Notes: a model not told the origin generated them from the letters alone. A DNA stretch of 64,000 nucleotides from Acutalibacteraceae bacterium (GCA_045660345.1 JAZRDP010000014.1:6615-70614), one strand, 5' to 3'; positions 16,518 through 26,762 are shown, counted from the first letter of the stretch. Program-made: numbers and translations.

Positions 16518-16958
16518 ATGACACTTACAGAAAAGGTTGCATACCTTAAAGGTCTTGCAACAGGTCTCGAACTTGACAAAGACTCCAAAGAAACAAAAAT
16601 TTTCGAAGCTATGTTTGATATTCTCGAGGATATGGCTCTTACAGTAAGCGATATCGATGAGGATCTCAGCGCAGTTGAAGACCTCGTTGATGCTATTGAC
16701 GAAGATCTTGACGAGCTTGAAGAATATGTATTCTGCGACGAAGATGATGATTTCTGCGATTGCGGTTGCTGCGATTGTGAAGACGACGAGCTTTATGAAG
16801 TTGAATGTCCTTCTTGCGGCGAAGAAATCTATCTTGACGACGAAATGCTCGATGAAGAGTTCATTGAATGTCCCGCTTGCGGCGAAAAGCTTGAGCTTGA
16901 TATCGAGTTCGATGATTGCGACTGTGGTTGCGATTGCTGCGATTGCGACGAAGAATAA
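16518..16958 (+). CDS. Acidic Cys-rich zinc-ribbon protein (CD1247 N-terminal-domain-like)
   Basis: 146 aa. The N-terminus LTEKVAYLKGLATGLELDKDSKETKIF resembles the clostridial CD1247-type domain as I remember it. The C-terminal ~77 aa contain 16 Cys, including CPSCG...CPACG flanked by CDCGCCDC and CDCGCDCCDC. Confidence 0.6.
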   Translation: MTLTEKVAYLKGLATGLELDKDSKETKIFEAMFDILEDMALTVSDIDEDLSAVEDLVDAIDEDLDELEEYVFCDEDDDFCDCGCCDCEDDELYEVECPSCGEEIYLDDEMLDEEFIECPACGEKLELDIEFDDCDCGCDCCDCDEE

Positions 16959-16962
16959 TTAA

Positions 16963-17286
16963 TCAAAAAAGCCTTCCATTCAGGAAGGCTTTTTCTTTTA
17001 TATTACTATTATAAATAACAACATCCGTATCAACTGATACGGATGTCGTTTTATTTCTATCTGTTTCTTTATTTGAAATATTAAATCCAACTGTTGTAAT
17101 TACATAAGAAGCAATAAATAAGAATATAACAATAATCGCAATTACTATTTTTCTAATTGTTTCATTTCTTCTTACTATTTTACTTTCTCCTATAACATAT
17201 TTACTTGAACCTAATTTACCGGGATAATTCCTTGCAAAACCATAATAGCTTTTTCTTTTTTTAACATATTCATTGTTTTTTGCCAT
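16963..17286 (-). CDS. Small single-pass membrane protein, unknown function
   Basis: 107 aa. GAGGTGG SD 7 nt upstream. The start overlaps the LCP stop by 1 nt. One TM helix (IVIAIIVIFLFIASYVITTV). Confidence 0.55.
   Translation of the reverse strand: MAKNNEYVKKRKSYYGFARNYPGKLGSSKYVIGESKIVRRNETIRKIVIAIIVIFLFIASYVITTVGFNISNKETDRNKTTSVSVDTDVVIYNSNIKEKAFLNGRLF
16965..16995. terminator. Bidirectional terminator
   Basis: AAAAAAGCCTTCC ATTCA GGAAGGCTTTTT lies between convergent genes. It overlaps the last codons of the minus-strand small ORF. Confidence 0.75.
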
Positions 17287-18860
17287 TATGCCGCCACCTC
17301 AGTATTGGGTATAATTTCCTCAGTAGTCGGTGGGGAAGTAGAAGGTTCTTCAGAAACAGAGCTTGTTGTGTCCTGAATTTCAATGTCATCATCAGAATCA
17401 GTTATTTCAACTGTTTCATCTTCTATAATTGGTTCATCAATCTCAATCTCTGTTGTTATCTCTTCTGTTGTATAAGGAATATCACTATATTCAGTCGTCT
17501 GAGGTATATAATTATTAGAAATAGTAGTTGAAACTGTATTAGAAGAATTATTTGAATAATCTCCCTTATAGTTTGCTCCTCTATAAACATCTATAATGGA
17601 TGTTCTACCCTCATTTAATGTTATATTAGACTGTCCGTAAAGCTCGTTTTGCAATTTATGAGCAGCTAATTGGTAATCAACTACCCAAATCCAAGCATTA
17701 GCACTACCGGATGTTCTGCTTTCTTCATCAGGCATCTGAAGCTGGGTTCTTTCGTAATTAAACCATTTACCTGTTAATGCCTGAACACCAACTGAAAGTA
17801 TCTGAGTTTTACTATACCCTGTATCAACATAAGGAAGTAAAATATCAATATATTTATTCAAGTCACCAATTGAAGCGGTTTTAACTCTGTTGATTATTGA
17901 TTCAATAACCTGTCTTTGTCTGCGGGTACGGCTAACATCTCCATCTGCGTCACAACCTCTTATTCGACAGAAGCAAAGAGCTTGCTTACCATTTAAGGTT
18001 ACGTCATCACCATAAGGAAGCTCGATCTTAAACTTTTTATAGTTATAATCAGCTTCATATTTTTGAACATCAACTGTAACTCCGCCCATAGCATCAATAA
18101 TTTTAACAAAGGATTCGAAATTAACCATAACATAGTTATCAATTTCTATTTTATAGTTATTTTCTATTGTTTCCATTAAGCATTCAGGCCCACCCATTGA
18201 AAATGCAGCATTAAGCTTGGAACAATATGCGCCCTTGGGACTATCAATATATAAATAGCTATCTCTTAAAAATGAAACGAGCTTCAATTGCTTAGTCTTT
18301 TTATTAAGAGATATAAGCATCATAACATCAGTATTACCTGAATTTGTTCCTGTATCTGCACCAACAAGAAGTACATTTATAACATTCTTGCTGAACATTT
18401 TATTTTCATTACCCTGAGTTGCCCAGTCTTTAAGAGCTTGCTTAAAATCGGCAGAACCGATATCAATATTTATGTCTTCAAATTCTCCGTCATCATAAAT
18501 GGTATCGTCATATTCGATATCATTTACATTATCACCTAAAAGTCCGAATTTTTGTGCAACAAAAATGCCAAGTGTTGCTGTAAGTGTTAATACAATTGCA
18601 AGAAAAACTGCAATTACACTTACAATAATCTTCTTTTTCTTAGGTAAGTTATTAAACCAATCTGAAAATCGTTTTAAAATATTTTTTTCTTTGATTTTTG
18701 AAGCTTTAATATCTTCTTTTTGAATTGGTTCTTCAGATTTAACTTTAATAGGTGGTGGAGAAGGCTTTTTTTCAGAATTCTTTGCATCATTTTCTGCCAT
18801 TTTTTCGAGCAGATCCAAATAATCCTGCAAGCCCTCATCACGCTTGCTACTGTCAGACAT
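17286..18860 (-). CDS. LytR-CpsA-Psr (LCP) family cell-envelope protein
   Basis: 524 aa. N-terminal TM helix, LCP core (NVLLVGADTG...TDVMMLISLN...DSYLYI) and an acidic T/E/I-rich C-terminal tail. It starts 3 nt after the gyrA stop. Confidence 0.85.
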   Translation of the reverse strand: MSDSSKRDEGLQDYLDLLEKMAENDAKNSEKKPSPPPIKVKSEEPIQKEDIKASKIKEKNILKRFSDWFNNLPKKKKIIVSVIAVFLAIVLTLTATLGIFVAQKFGLLGDNVNDIEYDDTIYDDGEFEDINIDIGSADFKQALKDWATQGNENKMFSKNVINVLLVGADTGTNSGNTDVMMLISLNKKTKQLKLVSFLRDSYLYIDSPKGAYCSKLNAAFSMGGPECLMETIENNYKIEIDNYVMVNFESFVKIIDAMGGVTVDVQKYEADYNYKKFKIELPYGDDVTLNGKQALCFCRIRGCDADGDVSRTRRQRQVIESIINRVKTASIGDLNKYIDILLPYVDTGYSKTQILSVGVQALTGKWFNYERTQLQMPDEESRTSGSANAWIWVVDYQLAAHKLQNELYGQSNITLNEGRTSIIDVYRGANYKGDYSNNSSNTVSTTISNNYIPQTTEYSDIPYTTEEITTEIEIDEPIIEDETVEITDSDDDIEIQDTTSSVSEEPSTSPPTTEEIIPNTEVAA

Positions 18861-18863
18861 AAC

Positions 18864-21467
18864 TTATTCCTCCGTTGTTTCTTCTATTACGTCTTCAGTT
18901 CCTATATCTTCATTATCTCCTGATGTATCTCCTGCACCTTCTGTTGCAGTACCATCATCTTCAACTTCACCGTTGATTTCGTCCTCGTCATGCTCGGTTG
19001 TTGAGAGAGTTACAACTCTGTCACCCTCACCAAGACGCATTACCTTAACACCCTTTGAAGGACGAGCACAAACTCTGACAGCTGCAGCAGGAATTCGGAT
19101 GATAATACCATCCTGTGAAATAAGAATAATATCATCCTCTTCATTTATATCACTGATTGCAGCAACCTCACCATATTTATCAATATGATAGTTTTTAAGA
19201 CCCTTACCGCCTCTGGACTGTAAACGATAGTTGTCATTATCACTGATACGACCAAATCCGGTTTCACTTACTGTAAGAAGCTTACCGCCTTCAGCCATAA
19301 CGCTCATTCCGATAACCTCATCACCCTCTCTGAGAGTGATTGCCTTAACACCGCTTGCAGTTCTGCCGAGAGGTCTTGCATCGTTTTCATTGAAACGAAT
19401 ACACATACCTTTCTTTGTTGCAACAAGTAAATCATCGTTACCTGTTGTAAGCTTAACCCATACAAGTTCGTCATCCTCACGAAGAGTAACAGCAATAATA
19501 CCGTTTCTTCTTGTAGTTCTGTAAATATCAAGAGAGGAACGCTTAATAAGACCCTTTCTTGTTACCATACAGATATACATACCCTCGTCATCCTTGGGTA
19601 CCTGAATCATTGCGGAAACCTTTTCTCCGTTTTCAAGAGGAAGAATATTAACAATATTAGTACCCTTACTTGTTTTGCTTCCCTCGGGAATTTCATAGCC
19701 CTTAAGCTTATACATTCTTCCGCGGGTAGTAAGGAACATAATCTGATCATGAGAGGATGCAATAAACATAGTTTCTGCATAGTCATCTTCTCTTCTTGTC
19801 ATACCCTTAACGCCACGACCGCCTCTGTTCTGAGTAGAGAACTGGTCAACAGGCTGACGCTTGATGTAACCCATATTTGTATAGGTATACATACATTTTT
19901 CTTCAGGAATAAGGTCTTCAATATCAACCTCACCGCTGACATTTTCAATAGCAGTTCTTCTTTCATCAGCATATTTATTGCTGATAACTGAAAGCTCATC
20001 CTTTACGATAGTAAGAACTCTTTCGTGAGAACCGAGAATTTCTTCGTAATCCTTGATTTTTTCGCGAAGCTCATTGAGCTCATTAGTAATCTTAAGAATT
20101 TCCAGACCTGCCAACTGACCTAAACGGAAAGCAACAATAGCTGCTGCCTGAACATCGTCAAAGTCAAATTTTTCCATAATAGCAGTTTTTGCTTCTGCCT
20201 GACCGCCTTTACAAGCACGGATTGTTGCAATAATCTCATCAACAATATCAATTGCTTTTGCAAGACCATCAAGAATATGAGCTCTTTCACGAGCTTTTTT
20301 AAGGTCAAACTGAGTTCTTCTGATAATAACATTACACTGATGGTCAATATATTTTTGAAGAATTTCTTTAAGAGTAAGAATCTTCGGCTGACCATCATCA
20401 AGTGCAAGTAAAATCACACCGCAGGTTGACTGAAGCTGTGTGTAGGAATAAAGCTTATTGAGAACAACCTGAGCATTTGCATCACGCTTTAATTCAATCT
20501 CAATGTGCATACCTGTTTTATCTGAAGAATAGTCGTTGATATCATCAATACCTTCAACTCTTTTTTCTTTAGCAAGGTCTGCAATTGATTCAATAAGACG
20601 AGCTTTATTAACCATGTAGGGAATTTCGGTGATTATAATTTTAAATCTACCATTTTTTGTCTCTACAATTTCACATTTAGCGCGAACAATAACCTTTGCG
20701 CGACCTGTAGCATAGGCAGCTCTGATACCAGCTCTACCCATAATTATACCACCTGTAGGGAAGTCAGGACCCTGAATATGCTCCATAAGGTCTTCAAGCT
20801 CTGCCTCAGGGTTATCTATAAGACATTCAACAGCACCACAAACCTCACCTAAGTTATGAGGCGGAATATTTGTAGCCATACCAACTGCAATACCCTGAGA
20901 ACCATTTACAAGAAGGTTCGGGAAACGAGCAGGTAAAACAGTGGGCTCTTTAAGACGGTCATCGTAGTTAGGAACAAAGTCAACAGTATTTTTTTCAATA
21001 TCTGTGAGCATTTCCAGAGACATTTTGCTCATACGGGATTCTGTATAACGGTATGCAGCGGGTGGGTCACCGTCAATAGAACCAAAGTTACCATGACCAT
21101 CAACAAGCATATATCTCATTGAGAAATCCTGAGCAAGACGAACCATCGCATCGTAAACAGATGCATCACCATGTGGATGATATCTACCGAGAACAGAACC
21201 AACAGTGTCTGCACACTTACGATGGGGCTTATCAGGATAAAGGCTGTTCTCATACATTGTATAGAGAATTCTTCTGTGAACAGGCTTCAAGCCGTCGCGT
21301 ACATCAGGAAGAGCACGTGCGGTAATAACAGACATTGAATAATCAAGGAATGCTGTTCTTACTTCCTTGTTGATTTCAACATTTATAATTCGTTGATTCA
21401 TATAAGGGTCAGGAAGATTATTTACACCTTGAGTGACGCCTTCAACTTTTTCATTTAATTCGTCCAT
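18864..21467 (-). CDS. gyrA: DNA gyrase subunit A
   Basis: 867 aa, collinear GyrA pattern ([25 protein letters not shown]) with an acidic ~45-aa C-terminal tail. Confidence 0.97.
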   Translation of the reverse strand: MDELNEKVEGVTQGVNNLPDPYMNQRIINVEINKEVRTAFLDYSMSVITARALPDVRDGLKPVHRRILYTMYENSLYPDKPHRKCADTVGSVLGRYHPHGDASVYDAMVRLAQDFSMRYMLVDGHGNFGSIDGDPPAAYRYTESRMSKMSLEMLTDIEKNTVDFVPNYDDRLKEPTVLPARFPNLLVNGSQGIAVGMATNIPPHNLGEVCGAVECLIDNPEAELEDLMEHIQGPDFPTGGIIMGRAGIRAAYATGRAKVIVRAKCEIVETKNGRFKIIITEIPYMVNKARLIESIADLAKEKRVEGIDDINDYSSDKTGMHIEIELKRDANAQVVLNKLYSYTQLQSTCGVILLALDDGQPKILTLKEILQKYIDHQCNVIIRRTQFDLKKARERAHILDGLAKAIDIVDEIIATIRACKGGQAEAKTAIMEKFDFDDVQAAAIVAFRLGQLAGLEILKITNELNELREKIKDYEEILGSHERVLTIVKDELSVISNKYADERRTAIENVSGEVDIEDLIPEEKCMYTYTNMGYIKRQPVDQFSTQNRGGRGVKGMTRREDDYAETMFIASSHDQIMFLTTRGRMYKLKGYEIPEGSKTSKGTNIVNILPLENGEKVSAMIQVPKDDEGMYICMVTRKGLIKRSSLDIYRTTRRNGIIAVTLREDDELVWVKLTTGNDDLLVATKKGMCIRFNENDARPLGRTASGVKAITLREGDEVIGMSVMAEGGKLLTVSETGFGRISDNDNYRLQSRGGKGLKNYHIDKYGEVAAISDINEEDDIILISQDGIIIRIPAAAVRVCARPSKGVKVMRLGEGDRVVTLSTTEHDEDEINGEVEDDGTATEGAGDTSGDNEDIGTEDVIEETTEE

Positions 21468-21486
21468 CTTTTAAATCCTCCCTTTC

Positions 21487-23487
21487 TTAAATATCAAGAT
21501 TTTTAACATATTTAGCATTTTTCTCAATAAATTCTCTTCTGGGCTCAACCTGGTCACCCATAAGAATTGAGAAGGTTTCATCTGCTTTTTCTGCATCTTC
21601 AACTGTAACTCTTAACATAAGTCTTGTTTCGGGATTCATAGTTGTGTCCCAAAGCTGTTCGGGGTCCATTTCACCAAGACCCTTATATCTCTGAATTGAA
21701 ACGCCTGTTCCAACCTCAGCCATAATTTTATCTCTTTCCTCGTCGCTATAAGCATACTGATGCTTCTGACCCTTACTGATTCTGTAAAGGGGCGGTTGAG
21801 CAAGATAAACATGACCCTGCTTAATAAGCTCGGGCATATAGCGGAAGAAGAATGTAAGAAGAAGTGTTCTGATATGAGCACCGTCAACGTCAGCATCGGC
21901 CATAATAATAATTTTATCATAACGAAGCTTGCTTATATCAAAGTCTTCACCTAATCCTGTACCCAAAGCGAGAACAACAGGTGTAAGCTTATCATTACCG
22001 ATAACCTTATCAACTCTTGCCTTTTCAACGTTGAGCATCTTACCCCAAAGAGGAAGAATTGCCTGAATCATTCTGTCACGGCCTGCTTTAGCAGAACCAC
22101 CCGCAGAATCACCCTCGACGATATAAATTTCTGTCTTTGTTGCATCCTTATCAATACAGTCAGCAAGCTTACCGGGAAGAGAATTGCTCTTAAGAACAGA
22201 TTTTCTTGCACTGTCTCTTGCTTTTCTTGCAGCCTCTCTTGCTCTTGAAGCGTCGAGAGCTTTACTGAAAATTGCTTTAGCTTCTGCAGGATTTTCCTCA
22301 AAGTATGTTGAAAGCTTTTCATAAACACATTTTGAAACAAGAGGAGTGATATCGGTATTACCTAATTTACCCTTTGTCTGTCCTTCAAACTGTGCTTCAG
22401 TAAGCTTAACGCTGATAACAGCAGTAAGACCCTCACGGACATCGTCACCTGAAAGGTTTTTATCGTTGTCCTTTAATAATTTATATTTTCTTCCATATTC
22501 ATTAAATACTCTTGTTAAAGCAGTTTTAAAACCATTTTCATGAGTACCGCCATCAATGGTTCTGACATTGTTGGCAAAGCTCAAAATAAGCTCATTGTAG
22601 CTGTCATTATACATAAGAGCAATATTTGCTTCTCTGTCACCGCTTACTGCTGAAAAATGAATAGGATTTTCATGGAGAGCCTTAAGACCTCGCTTATTAG
22701 TTTCAAATTCTACGAAGGATGAAATACCACCCTCAAAGCAGTAAATTTCTTTTACCTCATCAACATCGCGTTTATCAGTAAGAGAAATTGAAAGACCTGC
22801 ATTAAGAAAAGCCTGCTCTCTTAATCTTCTTTCAAGTGTTTCAAACTCATAAACAGTTGTTTCAGTAAATATTTCAGCATCAGCTTTAAAACGAATAAGA
22901 GTACCGGTTTCATTTGTATCGCCGATAACCTTAAGGTCACAGGTAGGAGTACCTCTTTCAAATCTCTGATAATGAACATGACCATCCTGAGAAACCTCAA
23001 CCTCAAACCATTCGGAAAGAGCATTAACAACAGATGAACCAACACCATGAAGACCGCCGGAAACCTTGTAACCACTACCACCGAATTTACCACCTGCGTG
23101 AAGAACAGTAAGAACAACTGTAACAGCAGGAAGACCCTGTTGCTCATTAATACCAACAGGAATACCACGGCCGTTATCGCGAACGGTAATAATATCTCCG
23201 GGAAGAATTTCAACCTGAATATCAGTACAAAAACCTGCAAGTGCCTCGTCTATGGAGTTGTCAACAATCTCATAAACAAGGTGATGAAGTCCTTTAGGTC
23301 CTGTAGAACCTATGTACATACCGGGTCTTTTTCTAACCGCCTCGAGTCCTTCAAGAACCTGAATTGCACTTGCATCGTATTTTTCAGTTACGACAGTATC
23401 AATTTCTGCGTTATCATCAAGAACTACTTCGTTTTCTTTAGCTTCTTCACGAAGCTCCTCTTCGGTTTTAATAATGTTTTCGTCCAA
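21487..23487 (-). CDS. gyrB: DNA gyrase subunit B
   Basis: 666 aa ([42 protein letters not shown]). Confidence 0.97.
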   Translation of the reverse strand: MDENIIKTEEELREEAKENEVVLDDNAEIDTVVTEKYDASAIQVLEGLEAVRKRPGMYIGSTGPKGLHHLVYEIVDNSIDEALAGFCTDIQVEILPGDIITVRDNGRGIPVGINEQQGLPAVTVVLTVLHAGGKFGGSGYKVSGGLHGVGSSVVNALSEWFEVEVSQDGHVHYQRFERGTPTCDLKVIGDTNETGTLIRFKADAEIFTETTVYEFETLERRLREQAFLNAGLSISLTDKRDVDEVKEIYCFEGGISSFVEFETNKRGLKALHENPIHFSAVSGDREANIALMYNDSYNELILSFANNVRTIDGGTHENGFKTALTRVFNEYGRKYKLLKDNDKNLSGDDVREGLTAVISVKLTEAQFEGQTKGKLGNTDITPLVSKCVYEKLSTYFEENPAEAKAIFSKALDASRAREAARKARDSARKSVLKSNSLPGKLADCIDKDATKTEIYIVEGDSAGGSAKAGRDRMIQAILPLWGKMLNVEKARVDKVIGNDKLTPVVLALGTGLGEDFDISKLRYDKIIIMADADVDGAHIRTLLLTFFFRYMPELIKQGHVYLAQPPLYRISKGQKHQYAYSDEERDKIMAEVGTGVSIQRYKGLGEMDPEQLWDTTMNPETRLMLRVTVEDAEKADETFSILMGDQVEPRREFIEKNAKYVKNLDI

Positions 23488-23544
23488 AATACTAACCTCC
23501 GTAGAAGATTCAAAATAAATATATTGAATAATTTATTTACATAA

Positions 23545-23808
23545 TTAATGTGGGTTACCTGATTCTATTCTTCGTAAAATAGTTCCCACGGAAACAGGAG
23601 AAATATAAATCCTTTTTCCTTTAGGTGTCTGGCAGACAATAAAGGATTTCGGAAGCTCAAAGGGTGCAACATTTATTACACTTTTTTCTTTCTCCGCATT
23701 ATTAAGATAATCTATTGTTTTTTTCATAACAGTAGTGTTATCCATATCAAAAATACCTATAATTTCTTTATCAATAACAACCGTATCCTGTCCAATATGT
23801 ATAAACAT
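23545..23808 (-). CDS. remB: DUF370 family protein (RemB/YaaB-like)
   Basis: 87 aa, in the conserved position between recF and gyrB. The start overlaps the recF stop by 1 nt. Confidence 0.7.
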   Translation of the reverse strand: MFIHIGQDTVVIDKEIIGIFDMDNTTVMKKTIDYLNNAEKEKSVINVAPFELPKSFIVCQTPKGKRIYISPVSVGTILRRIESGNPH

Positions 23809-24902
23809 TAAATTATCTCACCGTCCTTAATTAAAAAGGACTTACCGCCGCATAATCTTAAAACCTGCGATGGGTCACAGCAGGTCAGAAAAACCTGTCT
23901 GTCATTTATATGGTTAAGAACATAATCCTGACGCTTTTCGTCAAGCTCGCTCATAACATCATCCAGAAGAGCAACAGGAGTTTCGCCTGTTACTTTTTTA
24001 ATTATTTCTGATTCACCTAATTTAAGTGCCAATGCGCAGGAGCGCTGCTGTCCCTGTGAGCCAAAGCTTCTTGCACTTACATTATTAATTAAAATCTCTA
24101 AATCATCTCTGTGAGGACCGACAGTTGTTGTTTTTGAAAGTACGTCCTCTTTTCTGGAAATTTTAAGATTTTCAATTTCATTTAAATAGATGTCGTTGAT
24201 AGAAGAATCTTTATTAAGCTCATTTTTGGAATAAAAAACGGAAAAGCTTTCTTTATTTTCAGAAATACCTGAATAAATGCTTCTGCTATAATCAGAAAGT
24301 AAATCTATATATTGCAATCTTTCTTTAATAACGCAGGCAGAAAACCTTGCTAATTGCTCATCCCAGGTATCAAGCATATCGTAAAGCTGAGAATTCAGGT
24401 GTAAATCCTTAAGTAAAGCATTTCTCTGAATTAAAGCTCTTTTATACCCTGCAAGATGTTCTGCATATGAAGGCTTCAACTGGCATAAAGCAGTATCTAA
24501 AAATTTTCTCCTTGCGGAAGGACCATCTTTTATTAAAGATAAATGAACAGGAGAAAAAATAACTGCATAAAATGAACCTATAAGCTCAGCAGTTGAGCGA
24601 AGAGAAACTCCGTTTAATGAGGCTTTTTTCTTTTTATCTGCAATAACTATTTCAGATTTTTTTTCTCTCAGATTATCTGAAAAATCTAAATTAATTTTAG
24701 CAAAGGCTTCATTAAATTTTATTAATTCAGCATCCTTTGCACCGCGAAAGCTTTTGCAGCCTGTAAAAAGCCATATAGACTCTAAAATGTTTGTCTTTCC
24801 CTGTGCATTTTCGCCGTAAATAACATTTACTCCGTTATCAGCAGTAAAGCTTAAATCGGCGATATTTCTGAAATTTTTAATTTTAACAGAATTAACCGTC
24901 AT
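23808..24902 (-). CDS. recF: DNA replication and repair protein RecF
   Basis: 364 aa. Walker A GENAQGKTNILESI, SMC-like signature SQGQQRS and LLDDVMSELD. Confidence 0.95.
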   Translation of the reverse strand: MTVNSVKIKNFRNIADLSFTADNGVNVIYGENAQGKTNILESIWLFTGCKSFRGAKDAELIKFNEAFAKINLDFSDNLREKKSEIVIADKKKKASLNGVSLRSTAELIGSFYAVIFSPVHLSLIKDGPSARRKFLDTALCQLKPSYAEHLAGYKRALIQRNALLKDLHLNSQLYDMLDTWDEQLARFSACVIKERLQYIDLLSDYSRSIYSGISENKESFSVFYSKNELNKDSSINDIYLNEIENLKISRKEDVLSKTTTVGPHRDDLEILINNVSARSFGSQGQQRSCALALKLGESEIIKKVTGETPVALLDDVMSELDEKRQDYVLNHINDRQVFLTCCDPSQVLRLCGGKSFLIKDGEII

Positions 24903-24915
24903 ACTTCACCAAAAA

Positions 24916-25167
24916 TTATTTTACATCGTAAATTATTCTTTCAAATTCAGCGCAGTCTCCTTGACGAAGCTTTTTTCCTCGCATGGTGCAGGTTTCTCCG
25001 TTTACCTTGACCTCGCCTTCCTGAATTATAATTTTTGCATGTCCGCCAGTATTAACAACACCAACATTCTTTAAAAGGTCATCAAGACGAATATAATCAC
25101 CTTTTAAAATAAAATCCTTGTGTTCCTTCTGGGCTACTTTAACTTTTATTTTCATTTTTTTGAACAT
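24916..25167 (-). CDS. yaaA: S4-domain RNA-binding protein YaaA-like
   Basis: 83-aa ORF between dnaN and recF with S4-like IRLDDLLKNVGVVNTGGHAKIIIQEGEVKVNGE. The exact start is uncertain (an alternative is the internal MKIKV). Confidence 0.75.
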   Translation of the reverse strand: MFKKMKIKVKVAQKEHKDFILKGDYIRLDDLLKNVGVVNTGGHAKIIIQEGEVKVNGETCTMRGKKLRQGDCAEFERIIYDVK

Positions 25168-25196
25168 TCTTTCAGATATTGTTTAAAACTTTTTAA

Positions 25197-26312
25197 TTAG
25201 CCTATATTTTCATTTTTTAATCTCATAGGAATAATTAAGAAAATGAAGTTATCTCCCTCAACAGGCTTAATGATAATGGGAGAAACAGGGCTTGAAAGCT
25301 CAATTTTAATCTCATCAACATCAACTGTGCGTAAGCAGTCTGTTAAATAAGTATTATTGAAGCCGATTTCAAGTCTTTTACCTTCAATTGATGCAGGAAT
25401 TTTATCAGTTGCAGCACCGAGAGATGTAGCACTGGAAATTCTTATTGTATTATCGTCAAAAATACAACGAACAGGGCTCTTTATTTTACTTGTAATAAGA
25501 AGAGATGTTCTTTCAACGCTATCTAGGATGAGCTTAAGATTAACTCTTGCCTTTGTTGTACTTTCAGAGGGGATTGCATTTTTGTAATTAAAGAATTCGC
25601 CCTCTAAAAGACGGGAAATAATTCTGTAATTGCCGATTTCAAAATAGATGAATTTCTTACCTATTGAGAATGTGATGTTTGCATCGTCATCGTCTGTGAG
25701 CTTAACTACCTCAGAAAGAGTTTTAGCAGGAACAACAAAGGTCATATCCTCGCCTGCATATTCAATTGTTTCGTTTCTGATAGCAAGACGGAAGCCATCG
25801 CAAGAAATAAGGCGAAGATTGTTGTTTTCAACCTCAAATTTAATTCCCTTGTGAACAGGCTTGATGTCCTGAACTGCAACAGCAAAAATAGTCTGCTTAA
25901 CCATATTTTTAAGAATACCCTGCTTGATTGCAAAAGGGATACCACCTGAAACTGTAGGAAGCTCGGGATAATCGTCTGCAGGAATACCAACAAGTGAAAA
26001 CTCTGCTTCACCAGATGTAATTTTGCAAAGATTATGACTATCGCAGTTAATAGTAACACTCTGAGCAGGTAATCTTCTTAAAATGTCGCAGAGAAGACGA
26101 GCATTAAGAACAATGCTACCTTCTGTTTCTGTTGAGCATTCAATAGTAGTTGTGATGCCTACCTCAAGGTCATAGCCTGTAAGAGTAAGCTGTGAATTTT
26201 TAGCGTGAAGAAGAATACCTTCAGTTGCAGGAAGAGTGCTCTTTTGAGGAACACCACGTTGAACTATGTTACAAGCTTCTGCAAGAACGGATGTGTTACA
26301 AATTATTTTCAT
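25197..26312 (-). CDS. dnaN: DNA polymerase III beta sliding clamp
   Basis: 371 aa, three-domain clamp pattern, immediately downstream of the dnaA spacer. Confidence 0.95.
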   Translation of the reverse strand: MKIICNTSVLAEACNIVQRGVPQKSTLPATEGILLHAKNSQLTLTGYDLEVGITTTIECSTETEGSIVLNARLLCDILRRLPAQSVTINCDSHNLCKITSGEAEFSLVGIPADDYPELPTVSGGIPFAIKQGILKNMVKQTIFAVAVQDIKPVHKGIKFEVENNNLRLISCDGFRLAIRNETIEYAGEDMTFVVPAKTLSEVVKLTDDDDANITFSIGKKFIYFEIGNYRIISRLLEGEFFNYKNAIPSESTTKARVNLKLILDSVERTSLLITSKIKSPVRCIFDDNTIRISSATSLGAATDKIPASIEGKRLEIGFNNTYLTDCLRTVDVDEIKIELSSPVSPIIIKPVEGDNFIFLIIPMRLKNENIG

Positions 26313-26395
26313 AATGCTACCTCCATAAAGATAGGAATAAAAGTTTTTGATTTTGTAAATAAAACGAAATTTTCGGTTAAAAATATTAAATTAAA

Positions 26396-26413
26396 CAGTA
26401 GCAGTAGTAGATA
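26396..26413 (-). promoter_or_regulatory. DnaA-trio-like trinucleotide repeat
   Basis: The + strand reads CAG TAG CAG TAG TAG ATA. In the dnaA-to-dnaN direction this is CTA CTA CTG CTA CTG, followed by the AT-rich stretch. This is the same order as B. subtilis oriC. Confidence 0.4.
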
Positions 26414-26529
26414 CTGTCAAATTGTAGAAACTAAGCTTAAACTATTGATTTTAAAGGGCTTTTAGCAATTTATTCTCTTGTAAAGAAAATGTAAATAAAT
26501 GTCAGTAAATAAGCCCTCAAAAATCGATA

Positions 26530-26580
26530 TGTTCAGATTGTTCAAAACTTTTTAAACATCAATGTTCAAAATGTTCAAAA
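26530..26580 (+). repeat. Four copies of the 9-mer TGTTCA(A/G)A(A/T) in two tandem pairs
   Basis: TGTTCAGAT (26530), TGTTCAAAA (26539), TGTTCAAAA (26563) and TGTTCAAAA (26572), read directly from the sequence. Confidence 0.85.
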
Positions 26581-26594
26581 AGTAAAGTTTTCGT

Positions 26595-26747
26595 CAACCT
26601 TTTTCAAAAGGTTGTGGGGTCAAGGGGCAAAGCCCTTGTCGCATTCCGCAGAATGCGAAATATCTTTTCTTTATAAAGCGCAGGAAGGTAGATAAAACAG
26701 TCCGGTGTGACTGTTTTATCGTAGGAAACCCTCGCCGGGGGTTTCCT
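26595..26747. repeat. REP-like cluster of five hairpins between the 9-mer repeats and the dnaA stop
   Basis: CAACCTTTT/AAAAGGTTG (26595-26614); CAAGGG/CCCTTG (26621-26638); CGCATTC/GAATGCG (26640-26657); GATAAAACAGTC/GACTGTTTTATC (26691-26720); AGGAAACCC/GGGTTTCCT (26723-26747). Confidence 0.7.
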
Positions 26748-26762
26748 GTATGCCGTAGGTAT

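Larger units (their letters stand above)
26313..26762. other. oriC: dnaA-dnaN intergenic spacer, probable oriC (incC-like half)
   Basis: 450-nt non-coding spacer in the canonical position. It holds an AT-rich stretch at 26330-26395 (about 84 percent A+T by my count), TAG-type trinucleotide repeats at 26396-26413, repeated 9-mers at 26530-26580, and one 7-of-9 DnaA-box match TTATCTACC on the minus strand at 26687-26695. Confidence 0.65.

Noticed and set aside
18061-18069. Isolated copies of the origin 9-mer. They occur as TTTTGAACA at 18061 and 25158, and as TGTTCAAAA at 32172.
   Set aside because: They are single copies inside coding or SD regions and are consistent with chance expectation. 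Only the clustered copies flanking dnaA are treated as a signal.
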